A stretch of 64,000 bases of DNA, taken from NCBI RefSeq assembly GCF_001194135.2, contig NC_068983.1:72861039-72925038 (forward strand), read 5' to 3'. The position numbers and the translations under genes are program-made. The notes beneath the pieces are model-generated. The model searched no databases, was not told where the DNA came from, and was given only the letters and a program-made list of their open reading frames with translations. Within the stretch, counting starts at the first letter, position 1, and each line of letters begins with the position of its first letter. The DNA comes from Octopus bimaculoides (Eukaryota). Below, piece after piece: positions 25,401 to 40,250 of this stretch.

Positions 25401-27448
25401 GGTGCTACACCCACTGAACCATATCGTGTGCGCAAACCTTACTACTACAATTATTGTATTGTTCCCCAGAATAAGACGTCTTATAGTGGAACACTAGGTA
25501 ATGTGATCTTGAGTCCAGTGTAATATTGGAAAAAGACTAGATAGTTAAAACTGGAATGTTTTTGGTCAAGCCTGCCAATCAAGGTTCATCTGTGCTAAAC
25601 AACTTCATTTTACCTGACTGCTAGAATAAAACATAAAAAACTACTCTATCCCCCACTTCCTTGTTGACCAGTTAGTCATAGGAAAATTATTCAGATGTAA
25701 GAACAGTTACTCCAACAACTAAATCAGGTCATCCATACTAACATGGGAAAATGGGTGTTAAGCAGTCAAAAAGGAAATATCTTGTTTACTTAAGTGTTGC
25801 AGATTTCTGACCAAAGATGTTTAAGACAGTAGAATAGGATCTAAGAGAGATATAGCTTCTTTTTCTAGCAGAGTGAGTAATTATATAGGCTTCTACATTA
25901 GCTCATTTTACTTGTTTTATGGGGCAGTGGAAATGATTTAAACTGGAGACATTATCATGTGTAGTCCAGTACCTCTTTGTTTTTCATTCAAATCCTATGA
26001 AAATCAAATTTCAATCTTGAGTCTGTAAAATAAAGTTCCTACCATTGTGCTATAACTGATACAATTCACTATACAGAAAACTGCTATTTTGTATCCATGT
26101 AGACTGTGTGACCAAGGGTATAAAACACCAAACTTAGTTCCATTGCCATTAGATTCTGAGTTCAAATGTTGTTGAATAAGATTGGATTTAATACTTTTTG
26201 TCCCCCTGTGACCCCAGTAGTATAAGTATTTGGGATATACTGGTGTCAGTCTCTTCTCCATAAATTGGCTTTGATCCAAGTTGCAAAACAAGAAATCAGT
26301 ATTGTGTCAGGTATGACATTTAAGGATTTACTCAATCATCTTTAATAATCCATGATATTTTCCCTCTGGAAATCTTTACTGAAACTTGAAGATATTATGT
26401 TTTAAACCCGATTAATGTTTGCTTATAAATTTCTAAGCAAATGCTTTTAATCATAGGTTTGTTCAATCGTAGACGACCTAAAGCTAAATAACTACTAACT
26501 TACCATATGAGGAGCAAAGTTTATCCTCACAGCAAACTCCAACCTTCACTCCCTACCACTACATTTTTAATCACTCATAAACACCCAAACACATTTACAG
26601 TACCATTTTACCATTTTAAAAACACTATCTCTCCTATTCAGTTCAGACAAACATTGAAAAAAAACCCTCAAAACTAGTAGTAGCATAAATATGATCGTTA
26701 ATCCCTAAACACTGTAGTAGAATGTTCAGCTTTAATAAGTGCAGAGGAACAGTAACTGTCATGTTTTGGCAGAGTTCACCTTTCCTGCTTCTGCTGTGGC
26801 CATCTCCAAAATTTACAGCTATTCAGAAAGTGACTGGACAGTGGAGACAGTTTAATATGTCTAAAGTGCAGCATTGCATCCCATACAATTAACAATTACA
26901 TGTTGGAGCATATAGTCTAGTCTTCAGCTAACTGAAAGCATGATATATATGGAATAAAAGGTCTGTGAACTGCACTTATTCATTCAACTATCTGCCTGTT
27001 ATATATATATATATATATATCATCATCATCATCGTTTAACGTCCGCTTTCCATGCTAGCATGGGTTGGACGATTTGACTGAGGACTGGTGAAACCGGATG
27101 GCAACACCAGGCTCCAATCTAATTTGGCAGAGTTTCTACAGCTGGATGCCCTTCCTAACGCCAACCACTCAGAGAGTGTAGTGGGTGCTTTTACGTGTCA
27201 CCCGCACAAAAACGGCCACGCTCGAAATGGTGTCTTTTATGTGCCNNNNNNNNNNNNNNNNNNNNNNNNNNNNNNNNNNNNNNNNNNNNNNNNNNNNNNN
27301 NNNNNNNNNNNNNNNNNNNNNNNNNNNNNNNNNNNNNNNNNNNNNNNNNNNNNNNNNNNNNNNNNNNNNNNNNNNNNNNNNNNNNNNNNNNNNNNNNNNN
27401 NNNNNNNNNNNNNNNNNNNNNNNNNNNNNNNNNNNNNNNNNNNNNNNN

Positions 27449-27481
<33 letters not shown>

Positions 27482-30400
27482 TACTTGATCAAATCTTATG
27501 ACCTGTAGATACACAACAATAACAACAACCATCTTATTATGTAGGTTAGCCTTTCTTAGATTGTTTTAGATAGATTATTTGCTATTCACCCTCTTGGTCA
27601 TACTGCACTGAATGAAGAGATACAGCATAAAGTAGTGAGGGCCTTTTACTCTTACAGTGCAGAAGGCACCACAAGCAGTGTTGGTGCCATGTTAAAATGC
27701 ACCTAGTATACTGTGTAAAGTGGTTGGTGATAGGAAGGGCATCTAACTGTAGCAACCAAGTCCAAAAGGTAACGTGCAAGTAAGATATGGTTTACCATCC
27801 CATCTAATACAGAAGTAACTACAAGTAAAAATTGACTTGGACCACAATAACTTGTCTCTGTAACAAATCAAAGTTTAATGTTTTTGTTCTGTTGCTGGCT
27901 GACTTACCTTAACATTTCTTTCCTTTGGTCTCATTTAGGTTGCTTATGGAACCCTCACCGAGAACTTCTGTGCATCCTCAGTCGAGAACAAATTCGTTTT
28001 TTCTACAGACATGGGAAGATTCGTGGTGTATACTCCATTCCACCTTTAGAGAGGTAAATACATTTTAAATTATGTTTTTGTACTGTTGTAGTTCCAAACT
28101 AACTCCTCACTTTGCCCTAATTTTTCTAGTACAATCATATCAAAGCACTATCTCATTCAACTATCTATCTACTTAATTGCCCATATACCTATCTATTCAT
28201 CTACTCATCTATCGGTCTATCCATGTTAGTGTTATAGATGCTATTAGTCCTGAATCAAAGACATTCCAACTCTGGCCATCCCATCTTTTTTCCAGCCATA
28301 ATGCATGTAGGACTACATTATTCTGTGTCTTTATCTTTTTGGATAGTAGGGTGAGAGTTGAAAGAATCTAGCTGTTATTTCTAGTAAGTTCAGCAACCAA
28401 ATAGATCCCTATTGGATCATTGTAGTTGTTAAGAATGATGTACAGTTTTTCAAAATTACTGATTTTTCTTCAATCTCTTTTAACAGTGGCAAAATCAGTT
28501 GTGGTGCCTGGTCTGAAGATGGTTTAAAGCTGGTTGTTTGCGTTGGTTCTGCTATTTTGGTAAGTCTATGTTTCATACTACCTATCTTGTTCAAATTGTT
28601 ACATATAATATTATCTAGTTCGTTTTCATCACCAGATCTGTACTGTATTATCTGTGTTGTTTGCAAAGACATTTAATTCTTAATAACTCAGTTTACCTAA
28701 TAATTAATTAATAGAACTTACTTTAGCAAATACTGCTGTAACAATGTGCAGTGCAATTGAGGAATTTCTTCCCCTCCATCAACCTTTTTAGATGTAAACT
28801 TTTTTTTTTGTCTTTGGTCAGTAAATGTTATTTCCTATTTGACTTCTATTCCCTTCAAACTTTGCTTTTGTAACCTGGGCATCAGTGTTTTGAAACTGAC
28901 CTATTTTCCATTATATTTCAGACAGATTCAGCACTGAGTTGCTGAAACAGAAATATTGTTATAGAAAATATTCCACTCAATACTACAATACCACAGATTT
29001 GCTTTGTCAGTTGCTTAACCTTAACAACTTGAGCAGGTCCCTTAGTAGCTGACAATATGTGCATCTCTGATCATAAGTAGGAGTAGTGAGGGAGCATCAT
29101 AGTCATGTATTGAGAGAGATTCTTTGGGGTTTGACTAAATGTAACAAAAGCAAAGTTTGAAAGAAATATTAGCCATTTTTCATACTTTCTAGGAGTAAGC
29201 AAATAGGAAATAACAGTTGCTTCTCAAAAACAAAAATCATGTTACACAGTGCAATGGTTTCAAATTTAGGGTGGGAGTTAAGTCAATTAAATCAATCCCA
29301 GTATTTGACTGTTCCTTTATGTTATCAACCCCAAATAGATGAAAGGTAAAGATGCATGCATGGCTGTCTGGTTAAGGAGCTCACTTTGTAACCACATTAT
29401 TTCTGGTTCAGTCCCATTGCACAGCGAGGATCTTCTATTAAAGCTTTGGACCAACGAATGCCTTGTGAGTAAATTTGGTCGACAGAAATGGTGTGGAAGC
29501 CAGATGTATTTATGCATGTGTGTTTTTGTGTTTGTCTTTCAGCACTGTTTTGACAATCAATATTGGTTTGTTTAAGTCCTTTTGACTTAGCAGTTCAGCA
29601 AAAGAGATAGATAAAATAAGTATCAAACCTAAAGTACTGGGCTCAGTTTGTTCAACTAAACTCAAAGTGGTACCCCAGCATGGGTACAGTCCAATGACTG
29701 AAACAAGTAAAAGATAAAAGACAAAATAATAAGTCTGTTATTGTAAAGCCTCAGCTTCACTAAAAATTTCACTTCCATTTATATTTCTCTTTGAAAATCT
29801 ATATATAAACAAATTTTCAACTATATACCATGTCCATTTTCACATTCCCTATTACTTGCTTTCTGTCAGCAACACAAGAATTCTTAACCCAACTTCCTTC
29901 TAGATCCATCCTCTCTTAGTAGGTACTACTGACTATGTATTGTTACTTTGAATTATGATTATGTAATGGGAATGACATTATATGGACTATTCTCTAAAAT
30001 TGACTATCAGTGGATCTGAAAAAAAGAAATGAGATAAAAGTAGTTTTTACTGTATTCAGCAAGCAAAATATAATGTTCTGAAGTGTTTTGTTTACATTTA
30101 GCCTACCTTCATGACTAATATTTTTATAGTGACAGTTGTCTTATTTATTCATTCTTTGAAAATGTCTTAATCTTGTAATTCAAGTCAAAAGTTTCAAACC
30201 AGTCACTGTGTTTAAAAACAAAAACAAAAACGGGTTAGATTACACACACACATAAGATTTCAAGAACAAAAAAAAAAAGTCAGAGTAAATAATTTTATAC
30301 TGTAAAGAAGAAACAAAGGACAATTTAATAGTTTGGATGATGTTCTTTGTTAAGAAAAAGGAGAAAAGAAAGAAAAGAAACAAATGTTCTATAATGTTTC

Positions 30401-31370
30401 TACAAGGGACATGGCTTATGCTATCATTATCACTCTGATACAGATAATATCTCTAGGCTTCTTGGGCAAGTGCCTTCTACAAAAGCCTTGGGACTGACCA
30501 AAGCCTTTTGAGTGGATTTGGTAGACAGAAACTGAAAGCTCGTCGTATGTGTGAATGTGTTTGTTTGTCTCCCACTACTGCTTGACAACCAGTGTTGGTG
30601 TGTTTACATCCCCATAACTTAGCAGTTCTGCAAAAGAGAATGATAGCATAAGTACCAGGCTTTAAAAAAATAAGTACTCGGGTCAGTCATTTGACTGAAA
30701 GTTCTTCAAGGCAATGCCCCGGCATGGCCACAGTCTAATGCCTGAAACCAGCAAAAGAAAGAAAATACATTCTTAATCTGTTTTTGAAGTAAAGATAGAA
30801 TTTTTTTTTTTTTATACGTACCTTTATTATGATAGAATTGTTTTGACAAAGAGAATTAACAACACTTTGCCCTATTAGTACAGAAAATGTCATTGAAAAT
30901 ACAATGTTAAATTCATCTTAAGAATGAATTGATGTAGTCATTTTCTTGCTATTATTTTATTTGTTTATTTTTCAGATCTACAACTGGAGGTCAATAGATG
31001 GTGTTATTAGTGAATTCGACACAAATGTATGGAAAATTCCAGAGTAAGTATCTTAAAGTGTAAAGAGGGTAGGAAGAGGGAGATGCAGTGAGGATGTTGA
31101 GAAGGGAGGAACCTGGTACATCAGATGACCAGTGTTAGAAGTAGGACATGACTTATTAGGCATGGCAGGTCACTTTGCAACCATGTGGTTTTGGGTTCAA
31201 TCCTATTGAGTGGCACCTGGAGCAACTCTCTTCTGTTATAGCTCCAGTCTGACCAGTACCTTATGAGTGAATTTGGTAAACAGAGACTGTGAGGAAACCC
31301 ATTATATATGCACATATACACACACACATATATATATAAAAAATTTGCCCTGTTTATAATTATACCATGT

Positions 31371-31447
<77 letters not shown>

Positions 31448-33078
31448 TACACACACACATACACACATATATACATATATCATCATTTAACATCCGCTTT
31501 CCATGCTGGCATGGGTTGGACGGTTTGACTGGGGCTGGCAAGCCAGAAGGCTGCACCAGGCTCCAATCTGATCTGGCAAAGTTTCTACAGCTGGATGTCC
31601 TTCCTAATGCCAACCACTCCGAGAGTGTAGTGGGTGCTTTTTACGTGCCACCGGCATGAGGGCCAGTCAGGCGGTACTGGCGTCGAACACACTTGAATGG
31701 TGCCTTTTACGTGCCACCTGCACAGGACCAGTCAGGCAGCACTGGCATCAACCACATTGAAATGGTGCTTTTTACGTGCTACTGGCATGGATACCAATCA
31801 GGCAGTATTGACATCGGCCACAACAATGACTTCACTTGACTCAACAGATCTTCGCAAGTGCAGTTTATTGCCCAGTGATTGAAAGCTACTCTTAAATGGG
31901 CTGATTATGCTGCAAGACATAGGCCATGGGCTATGGTCTCACTTGGCTTGTCAGGTCTTCTCAAGCACAGCATATCTCCAAAGGTCTCGGTCACTTGTTA
32001 CCGCCTCAGTGAGGCCCAACGTTCAAAGGTTGTGCTTCACCATCTCATCCCAGGTCTTCCTGGGTCTACCTCTTCCACAGGTCTTGTGAGGCAATCCTCA
32101 AACTTGCCTATGTGGTTTGGAGCATCCGGTGGGCCATATGTATTGCATATGACTATATTGTGTTGTCTTATGTATACAATTAGAGTGTCACATACTGAAT
32201 TTGAGTATGACAGTAAGACCTGGGGCATGAGGTCATCACAGATGTATACAGCACTTCCACTATGGTTCCTTTCCCTTCTGTCTGTTCGCAGTATGGCATA
32301 TTTTGGTACGTGTACTTCTGCATCCTCTATAACAGGGCCGAGGTGAGTTTCCACGAGTGCTATGCATAGGGCTTGATTGCATGTAGCTAGGTCTCTCATG
32401 AAAGAAATTTTGCTTTTATTATGATGCAACAGGCCCCTAATAGTTAGTAAAAATATTGGCATGGTGACTGTGCAGGCCACAGAGGTGGTCTTGCGCAGTG
32501 GTGGGCAAAGTTCCTTGTTTGCGCTTGATGTAGTTATATATTATATGCATAAATGTCAAACAAGAATGAGTGCTCAATACCGCATTGGTGGATAAAATTT
32601 CTTTATTTGTGTATTAAGGCTACCATTGGTTTCATGTTAAAAACATCTTAATGTCTTAACATGAAACCAGTGGTAGACTTCATACACAAATATATATAGG
32701 CATAGGAGTGGCTGTGTGTTAAGAACTTTACTTCCCAATCACATGGTTTCAGCATCAATCCACTGCATAGCACCTTCAGCAAATGTCTTCTATTATAGCC
32801 CCAGATTGACCAAAACCTTGTGAGTGGATTTGACAAACAGAAACTGAAAGAAGCCCATCATATAAATACTCTTATACTTGTTTCAGTCATTTGACTGCGG
32901 CCATGCTGGAGCACCGCCTTTAGTCAAGCAAGTCGACCCCAGGACTTACTCTTTGTAAGCCTAATACTTATTCTATCAGTCTCTTTTTGCCGAACTGCTA
33001 AGTTATGGGGATGTAAACACACCAACATCAGTTGTCAAGCGATGTTGGGGGGGGACAAACACAGACACACAAACATAT

Positions 33079-33109
<31 letters not shown>

Positions 33110-36100
33110 CGACAGGCTTCTTTCAGTTTCCGTCTACCAAATCCACTCACAAGGCTTTGGTCAACCCGAGGCTATAGTAGAAGACACTTGCCCAAGGTGC
33201 CACGCAGTGGGACTGAACCCAGAACCATGTGATTGGTAAGCAAGCTACTTACCACACAGCCACTCCTACGCCTATATATATATATGTATATTTAGAAGTC
33301 ACAATATTTAAAGAAAGATTTTTTTTTTTAAGTTGTTAAATATTTTTTTAATTATTCAAAAAACAGAATATCACAAGCCTTTAGGGAAACATTTTCATAT
33401 AGTGTGTGTTTTGTGTGTAAGCACTTTCATTGTTCAACTTTAGAAATACACATGAATATGCATACACACAAAATATACACTGTATGCAGACTTCTTCCCC
33501 AAAAGTTTGTGACATTCTGGCTTTTAGATAATTTTTTTAAATAGTTAATAACTTTGATTATAAGTTTATTCAATTATTGTCAATTTGGGACTAAACAACA
33601 CCCTCTCCTTTTCAGAGATATGCTTATGTAATATAATAGTATTATCTATTAACCTATATTAAAAATTCCTACCCAGAACATACAAGCTAATGAAATAATC
33701 CTCATTTGTACTGAATAATGCCCCAGGATTGCTTGCAGCAGTACACTGAGCAGCTGCACTATTGTATCTTTTTATAGCTAAGCAGTTAACTGAGTCATTA
33801 AGCATTATATATCTCTATAGAATATCTCAGCTTGTCTAATTTAAATTCAAAATATTAAATGCAAAGTTTAATTCCCTTTATGAATCATGATCTGAAAGTC
33901 AGATCTGTAAAGTAAATATTTACTTTATACTGTTATTTTATATTGCACATCCTAACTTCCGTAACACCTCCCTCTTTGGGATTTAGTTAAACTGATTCAC
34001 AAAATCTGCATTTTTTTAAAAGGAAGTAAAAAAATCTGAAAATCAGCTATATTAATGTAGTTTTCCACTCTTATTGCTTTGAAGACATGATGTTGTGAAG
34101 AAAAAATTGGAAGAAAAAGTTACAGAGGTTTAAAAATCGAAAAAACTGTATTTTTAGCCAATAGCAAGACAGAAATTTTCTGTTTAGTGGTGTCAACTTT
34201 AAGGTTGTACCCTTGTGAAATTTATAGTTTAGCGTCTGTGAAGTGACCGTTCATTGTAGGTTTCTAAATAAACGGAAATACCTAATAAAATCAACATGTA
34301 TCATCTTACTGTTTCTTTTGTCTCTTCATTGATTTCTATAGTGTTTTGTATGTTTTTATTAATTTGTTATATTAATATATTTGTCTGCATATGTTTACTT
34401 TATGCTATTTCAGTATTATGTATACCTGTTATGTATGTGTGCATCATTAATATATAAGTGCATGTGGATGTATGTATTCATATATAAGTTTATATGTTCA
34501 TTTATGCATTCGTGTGTGTGTGTGTGTGAAAAGGAGACGTCTCTCTCCAAAATTCCAAAGTTGAGTAATGTTTTTATGCTTGGACTTGTAAATTACGATA
34601 AGAATAACACTGGTCAATAAAGAATTTGTCCCAAGAAAAAGAATACCTGTATCCTTTACGTTTTTGCATGCAGAATCCAAAAATAATGTCAAATTATCTG
34701 TATCACCCACAGTTTCTCTGTTCCACGATATCCCCCTCAGTTCTTGTTACGTGGGCTAAATTTCAGTTAGGCTGTTGAAATGTGAAGCTAACAGTTTGAG
34801 AAACACTCCTAATTTAAATGTTTATGAATAGAATTAACCTAATGAAATCATAAATCCAGCTATCTGAGTCAATGTGTCCCTGAAGCTTAGCAATACCGAG
34901 TCGATGAGTCACCGATGCTTTGTCAGTACTGTGCTTGAAGTGTAGGTGTGCAGTTGTGTACTAAGTTCACATATTCCATTCACTTTCATGATGCCAAAAA
35001 ACTGTATAAACATTGCAAACAACTTTTGCTATATTTGTGGTGACTTAAGATTCAAGTCACAAAGGCAGCGTTTCATGCTATTGATAAAAAGTGCTATGTG
35101 CATTATTTTGATTGCAAAGTGGGTGACCAGGATAAAAGCTGGGCCAGGTGAAATGAATCTCGTGGTGTGAAGAATCAACACAGAACGTGCAGCACAAACG
35201 CAGGTGAAGTGAAACACAACACAGCATGCAGTTGTCATAGTAACAAGCTGTTAATGCCTTGCTGTCTGTTGATTGGCTAAAATTACCCAAATTTCCTAAC
35301 TTTAATTCCAAATAACATCAAAGTAATTGGTTGATCATAATCAAAATTCAGAGTTGCATCGATACACCAAAATTGAAAGCAATCTGAGCAAAATTAAAGG
35401 GGGCTGATTTTGTGAATCAGTTTAACTAGATTCTCTCTTTGCTTCAGGAAATGTGATTATCTTTTGTTAAAGGTTACTGACAGATTTTATACCTTTTTAA
35501 AAAATTTTTGTTTTTTTCTTTTTGATAGTGCATATTAGAATTTAGAGTACTGAAGATAACCAACGATGATTAACTACCTTGCCTTGGAAGCCTTTTATTA
35601 TAGTAATATAAGTAAATAAGTAGCAAGTATTGATGGAATTGACTTACTGTACCTTTCAAAATGCCTAATAAAAAATTATTAGTATTTATTTGGCTTTTAG
35701 CTAACAAGGTTTCCACTGTGTATTTCTAACCTTCTCAGTGGCAATCCACCTATGCTGCTCATGGCATCCACCAGAGACCATATTAAAGTGATTATACTTA
35801 GATTAAAATCAATATTGAAATTACATTATTGCTGGAATGAAAACATAAGATTTCCATCAGTAAATACATCATCATCATCATCATCGTTTAACGTCCGCTT
35901 TCCATGCTAGCATGGGTTGGACGATTTGACTGAGGACTGGTGAAACCAGATGGCTACACTAGGCTCCAATCTGATTTGGCAGAGTTTCTACAGCTCGATG
36001 CCCCTCCTAACGCCAACCACTCAGAGAGTGTAGTGAGTGCTTTTACATGCCACTGGCACGAAGGCCAGTCAGGTGGTACTGGCAACAGCCACGCTCAAAA

Positions 36101-39100
36101 TGGTGTATTTTATGTGCCACCCGCACAAGAGCCAGTCCAGGGGCACTGGCAACGATCTCACTCGAAAATCCTTACACATGTCACGGGCACATTAGTCTTA
36201 TTAAGTTATGCTCCATTAAATAAGATACATTTATTTTACTACATTACTTCTCACTTTTGATTGCTTTGAAAATAAATTAATATACATTAAACATATCTTA
36301 TGTGTTTCGTATATATCAATTTATTCTTGTTAGAAATATAGCTGTAAAAAATCTAAGTGACTTCACAATAATGGCTAGAATTTCTCAGCTAAAATCTATT
36401 GTCTACAATGTCAAAACCTTAATGATAATCTCACATTATTTGCTCAATTCATGTTATGTCTTAATTGTATTCTCTTTCAATATTTGTTTCTAGACTGAAA
36501 GGCACTGTAACTGCTATAACATCTATGCAAGAAAACCTATTTGCTTGTGCTGCTGAAGTGCCATTAGAATCTCTGTGTAAAACAAAAGACATGTTTGTGG
36601 TTCCAGGTAAGTATTTTACATTATAAGCCATCATGATTCTCATTATCAATCTAATATACAATTTTCCTCACTAACATGACCTAGGCAGATTTTCAAGGTC
36701 CTACATTTGTCATAAGTTGAACCTGACTTTGTAAACTCCATTACTTTATTTTAATTACAGGATAGGAGCATTAAGTAGTGATGTGTATAACTGCAATGTT
36801 ATGGCCAATTCAAATATGCTAACAGCACATTCAAACTCATAAACAAGCCATTCACTGTCATGGAGAAAATTTCTCACTGTAGACAAATGGTATAAATACA
36901 CCTAAATCAGCTCACAGCACCATCTATCCAGACTGTGAAATGCGAACATTTCAGACTGGTTATCTCCTCTTCAGTCACAGAAACCGGATGGAGGTGCTGC
37001 AAGCTGATAAGAGACACAATCTCTCTTACGCTAATCCAGTTATCATATGTCAGCTGGTGTATTTATACCATTTGTCTACAAGGAGAAATTTTCTCCATGA
37101 CAAAACATAGTGAATAGCTTGTTTGAGTTTGAATGTGCCACTGGCATATTCGAACTGATAATAACATTGCACTTTATTTTAAGTATACTATCAACTAAGA
37201 GCACATTTTTACTCACAAATACACAAACACATATTGTCCAATTACAGTACATAAAATTCCCAACTCAGTTGTCTCTCTTCTATCATACCTAGGTCATTCA
37301 TTCATTGTCTCAGTTTATATGATATTTCTCAAATTCACATTACAAAACATTAATTTTGCACAACTAGCTATATTCTCACTCTTAGGTTTCTGTTAATAAT
37401 GTGTTTGGATATTTGAAGTGGTTTTATAATACTCTCCTATAACTACAATTTGAGTAAATTTTGATTTCTGACAAAGGCACAAGGTCACAAATTTTAGGGA
37501 ATGATGGGTATAGTTGATTAAATTGACCCCCATACATGGCTAGTATTGTGTCATGATTTACAACTATATAGCTAAGAATTCTTCTTAACTGAGGAGTTAT
37601 TATAAACACTGTCAGTCATTCCTATACTTGCTGTTTTCTATAAAGACACAGCAGACTATGAGCATTATGGCTGTGAACTTAGGATGTTGGGCTATTGACC
37701 AAATACTCATGTATTCAAATCTTACAAGTGTTATTGTTTTAGAGAGGGACTTATTCCCATTATTAGGCTAGTGTACCAGACTAGATAAAGGAAAACAGAA
37801 TCCACTCCTATTTAGCTGTTTTATTCAGAAGCCAGGCAGCACTCATGACCTTTGTGACTTCTTGGCAGGGGTGGAGTTCACTCTTTGTGCTACATCTTCA
37901 TGGGTCAAGGCACAAAAAGTGAACTGCACAAAAAGTACCCCATTGTCAGGTGTTGATTTGAAAAGGGATCACCTTTTCAAAGTCTGCCATGTCTGGTGTC
38001 TAGCTATGAAATCAATGGCTTCAACTGGTACATATCATCCCACACAAGCAAAAACTGGGATGGGGTGGGGATAGATGTCAACTTGAGGCCTGATCTAATG
38101 ACAACACTTGATTTTCTGATAAATTCAATAATTATTTGAAGATATACTTTTAATTTTATGGACAGTGACTTCAAAGTTTTGCTAGTCATCAGCAGACTGC
38201 CTAAAGATAAAAAGTATCAAATTTGTATTCAAGTCAATCTTTATACAATATTCAGCAGGCATTGAACTTTAAAAATGTGTCTTTATTCTTTTAGCCCTTA
38301 TATTTTCTGAAATATTTCATCTGGAGTTTTTAAGAGCCAAATTGATCTTATTTTTAATACTGACACTTCACTAGACACAGGCATGGCTCTGTGGTAAGAA
38401 GTTTGGTTCACAACTTCATGATTCTGGGTTCAAAGTGTAACACTCTTGGGCAAGTATCTTCTAAAGCCCCAGGCCAACCAAAGCCTTGTGAGTGGATTTG
38501 ATAGATGGAAACTGAAAAAAGCCCATTGTGTGTGTGTGTATGTATACATGTGTGTGTGTGTGTTTGTCCCCACCATTGCTTGACAACTTGTGTTGGTTTG
38601 TTTCCATCCTTGTGATTTAGTGGCTCAGCAAAAGCAACTTACAGTATAAGTACCAGTCTTATAAAAATAGTAATGGGGTCGAGTTGTTCAACTACAAACC
38701 TTTCAAGGTGGTACCACAGCATAGTTGCAGTCTAATGACTGAAACTTAAAAAATAAAAGATTTACTATTAATATAAAAACATCACATACTTTAAGTAATA
38801 AATGGTACCCTAACAGTTACAATGATGAGGGTTTCAGTTGAAATTAACATACAAGTCGCTGAGCACTCCACAGACATGCACACCATTAATGTAGTTTACA
38901 GGGTGATTCAGCATGACACAGAATGTGACAAGGCCAGCCCTTTGAATTGCAGGTACAACCCATATTTGCTAACTGAGTGGATTGGAGCAACATGAAATAA
39001 AGTGTCTTGCTCAAGGACGCAACACACCACCAGGAATTGAACTCACAACCTTGCGAACGTGAGTTGATTACCCTAACCACTAATCCATGCTCAGATAAAG

Positions 39101-40072
39101 AGAAATAATATTAAGCGCAGGAGTGGCTGTGTGGTAAGTAGCTTGCTTACCAACCACACGGTTCTGGGTTCATTCCCACTGCATGGCACCTTGGGCAAGT
39201 GTCTTATACTATAGCCTCAGGCCGACCAAAGCCTTGTGTGTGGATTTGGTAGACGGAAACTGAAAGAAGCCCGCCGTATATATGTTTGTGTGTCTGTGTT
39301 TGTCCCCCCAACATCGCTTGACAACCGATGGTGGTGTGTTTACGTCCCCGTAACTTAGCGGTTCGGCAAAAGAGACCGATAGAATAAGTACTAGGCTTCC
39401 AAAGAATAAGTCCTGGGGTCGATTTGCTCGACTAAAGGCAGTGCCCCAGTATGGCCGCAGTCAAATGACTGAAACAAGTAAAAGAGTATCAGGTGCAAGG
39501 GAGTTAACAAATATTGCCTTGATATCTCTGTAAGCATAGAAGGTGAGAAACATCTGAAAAAAAAAAATGACATGTCCAAAGAAGTAGCAGGTATTAAGAT
39601 AATTTCTGTAGCTAGATTTTCAACTACTTCATTACATGAACTGTGATCATTGTCAAATTGAAGAAATTGAATTTTATTATAAGAACTATCATTAACCTCA
39701 TCTATTTGTCATAGATTTTGTTATATATTGTATCACTCTTAAAAAAGAATTATTATATCTGAGCCTGACTCCAAAACTATTGCTTATTGCAATTTGAGTT
39801 ATTGAAATAAACTTGTAAAGTTGGATGCTCTTATTATACCATGGAACAGGAATGATGTAGATATCAGTTACTCTGTCTCATATATATATATATATCTTTT
39901 ATCTTTTTCATTCATCAGACTGCAGCCATGCCTTGAAATGTTTTAGCTGAATAAATCAACTCCAGTACTTTTTTTTTGTTATGCCTGGTATTTATTCAAA
40001 CCATCTCTTGCCAAACCGCTAAGTTGCAGGAATGTATTGTCAAGCTGTGGTGGGAGACAAACACAGACACAA

Positions 40073-40107
<35 letters not shown>

Positions 40108-40197
40108 ATGGGCTTCTTTCAGTTTTTGTCAATCAAATCCACTCACAAGACTTTGGTCAATCCTAGGGTATAGTGGGACTGAACCCCAAACTATGTG

Positions 40198-40250
<53 letters not shown>

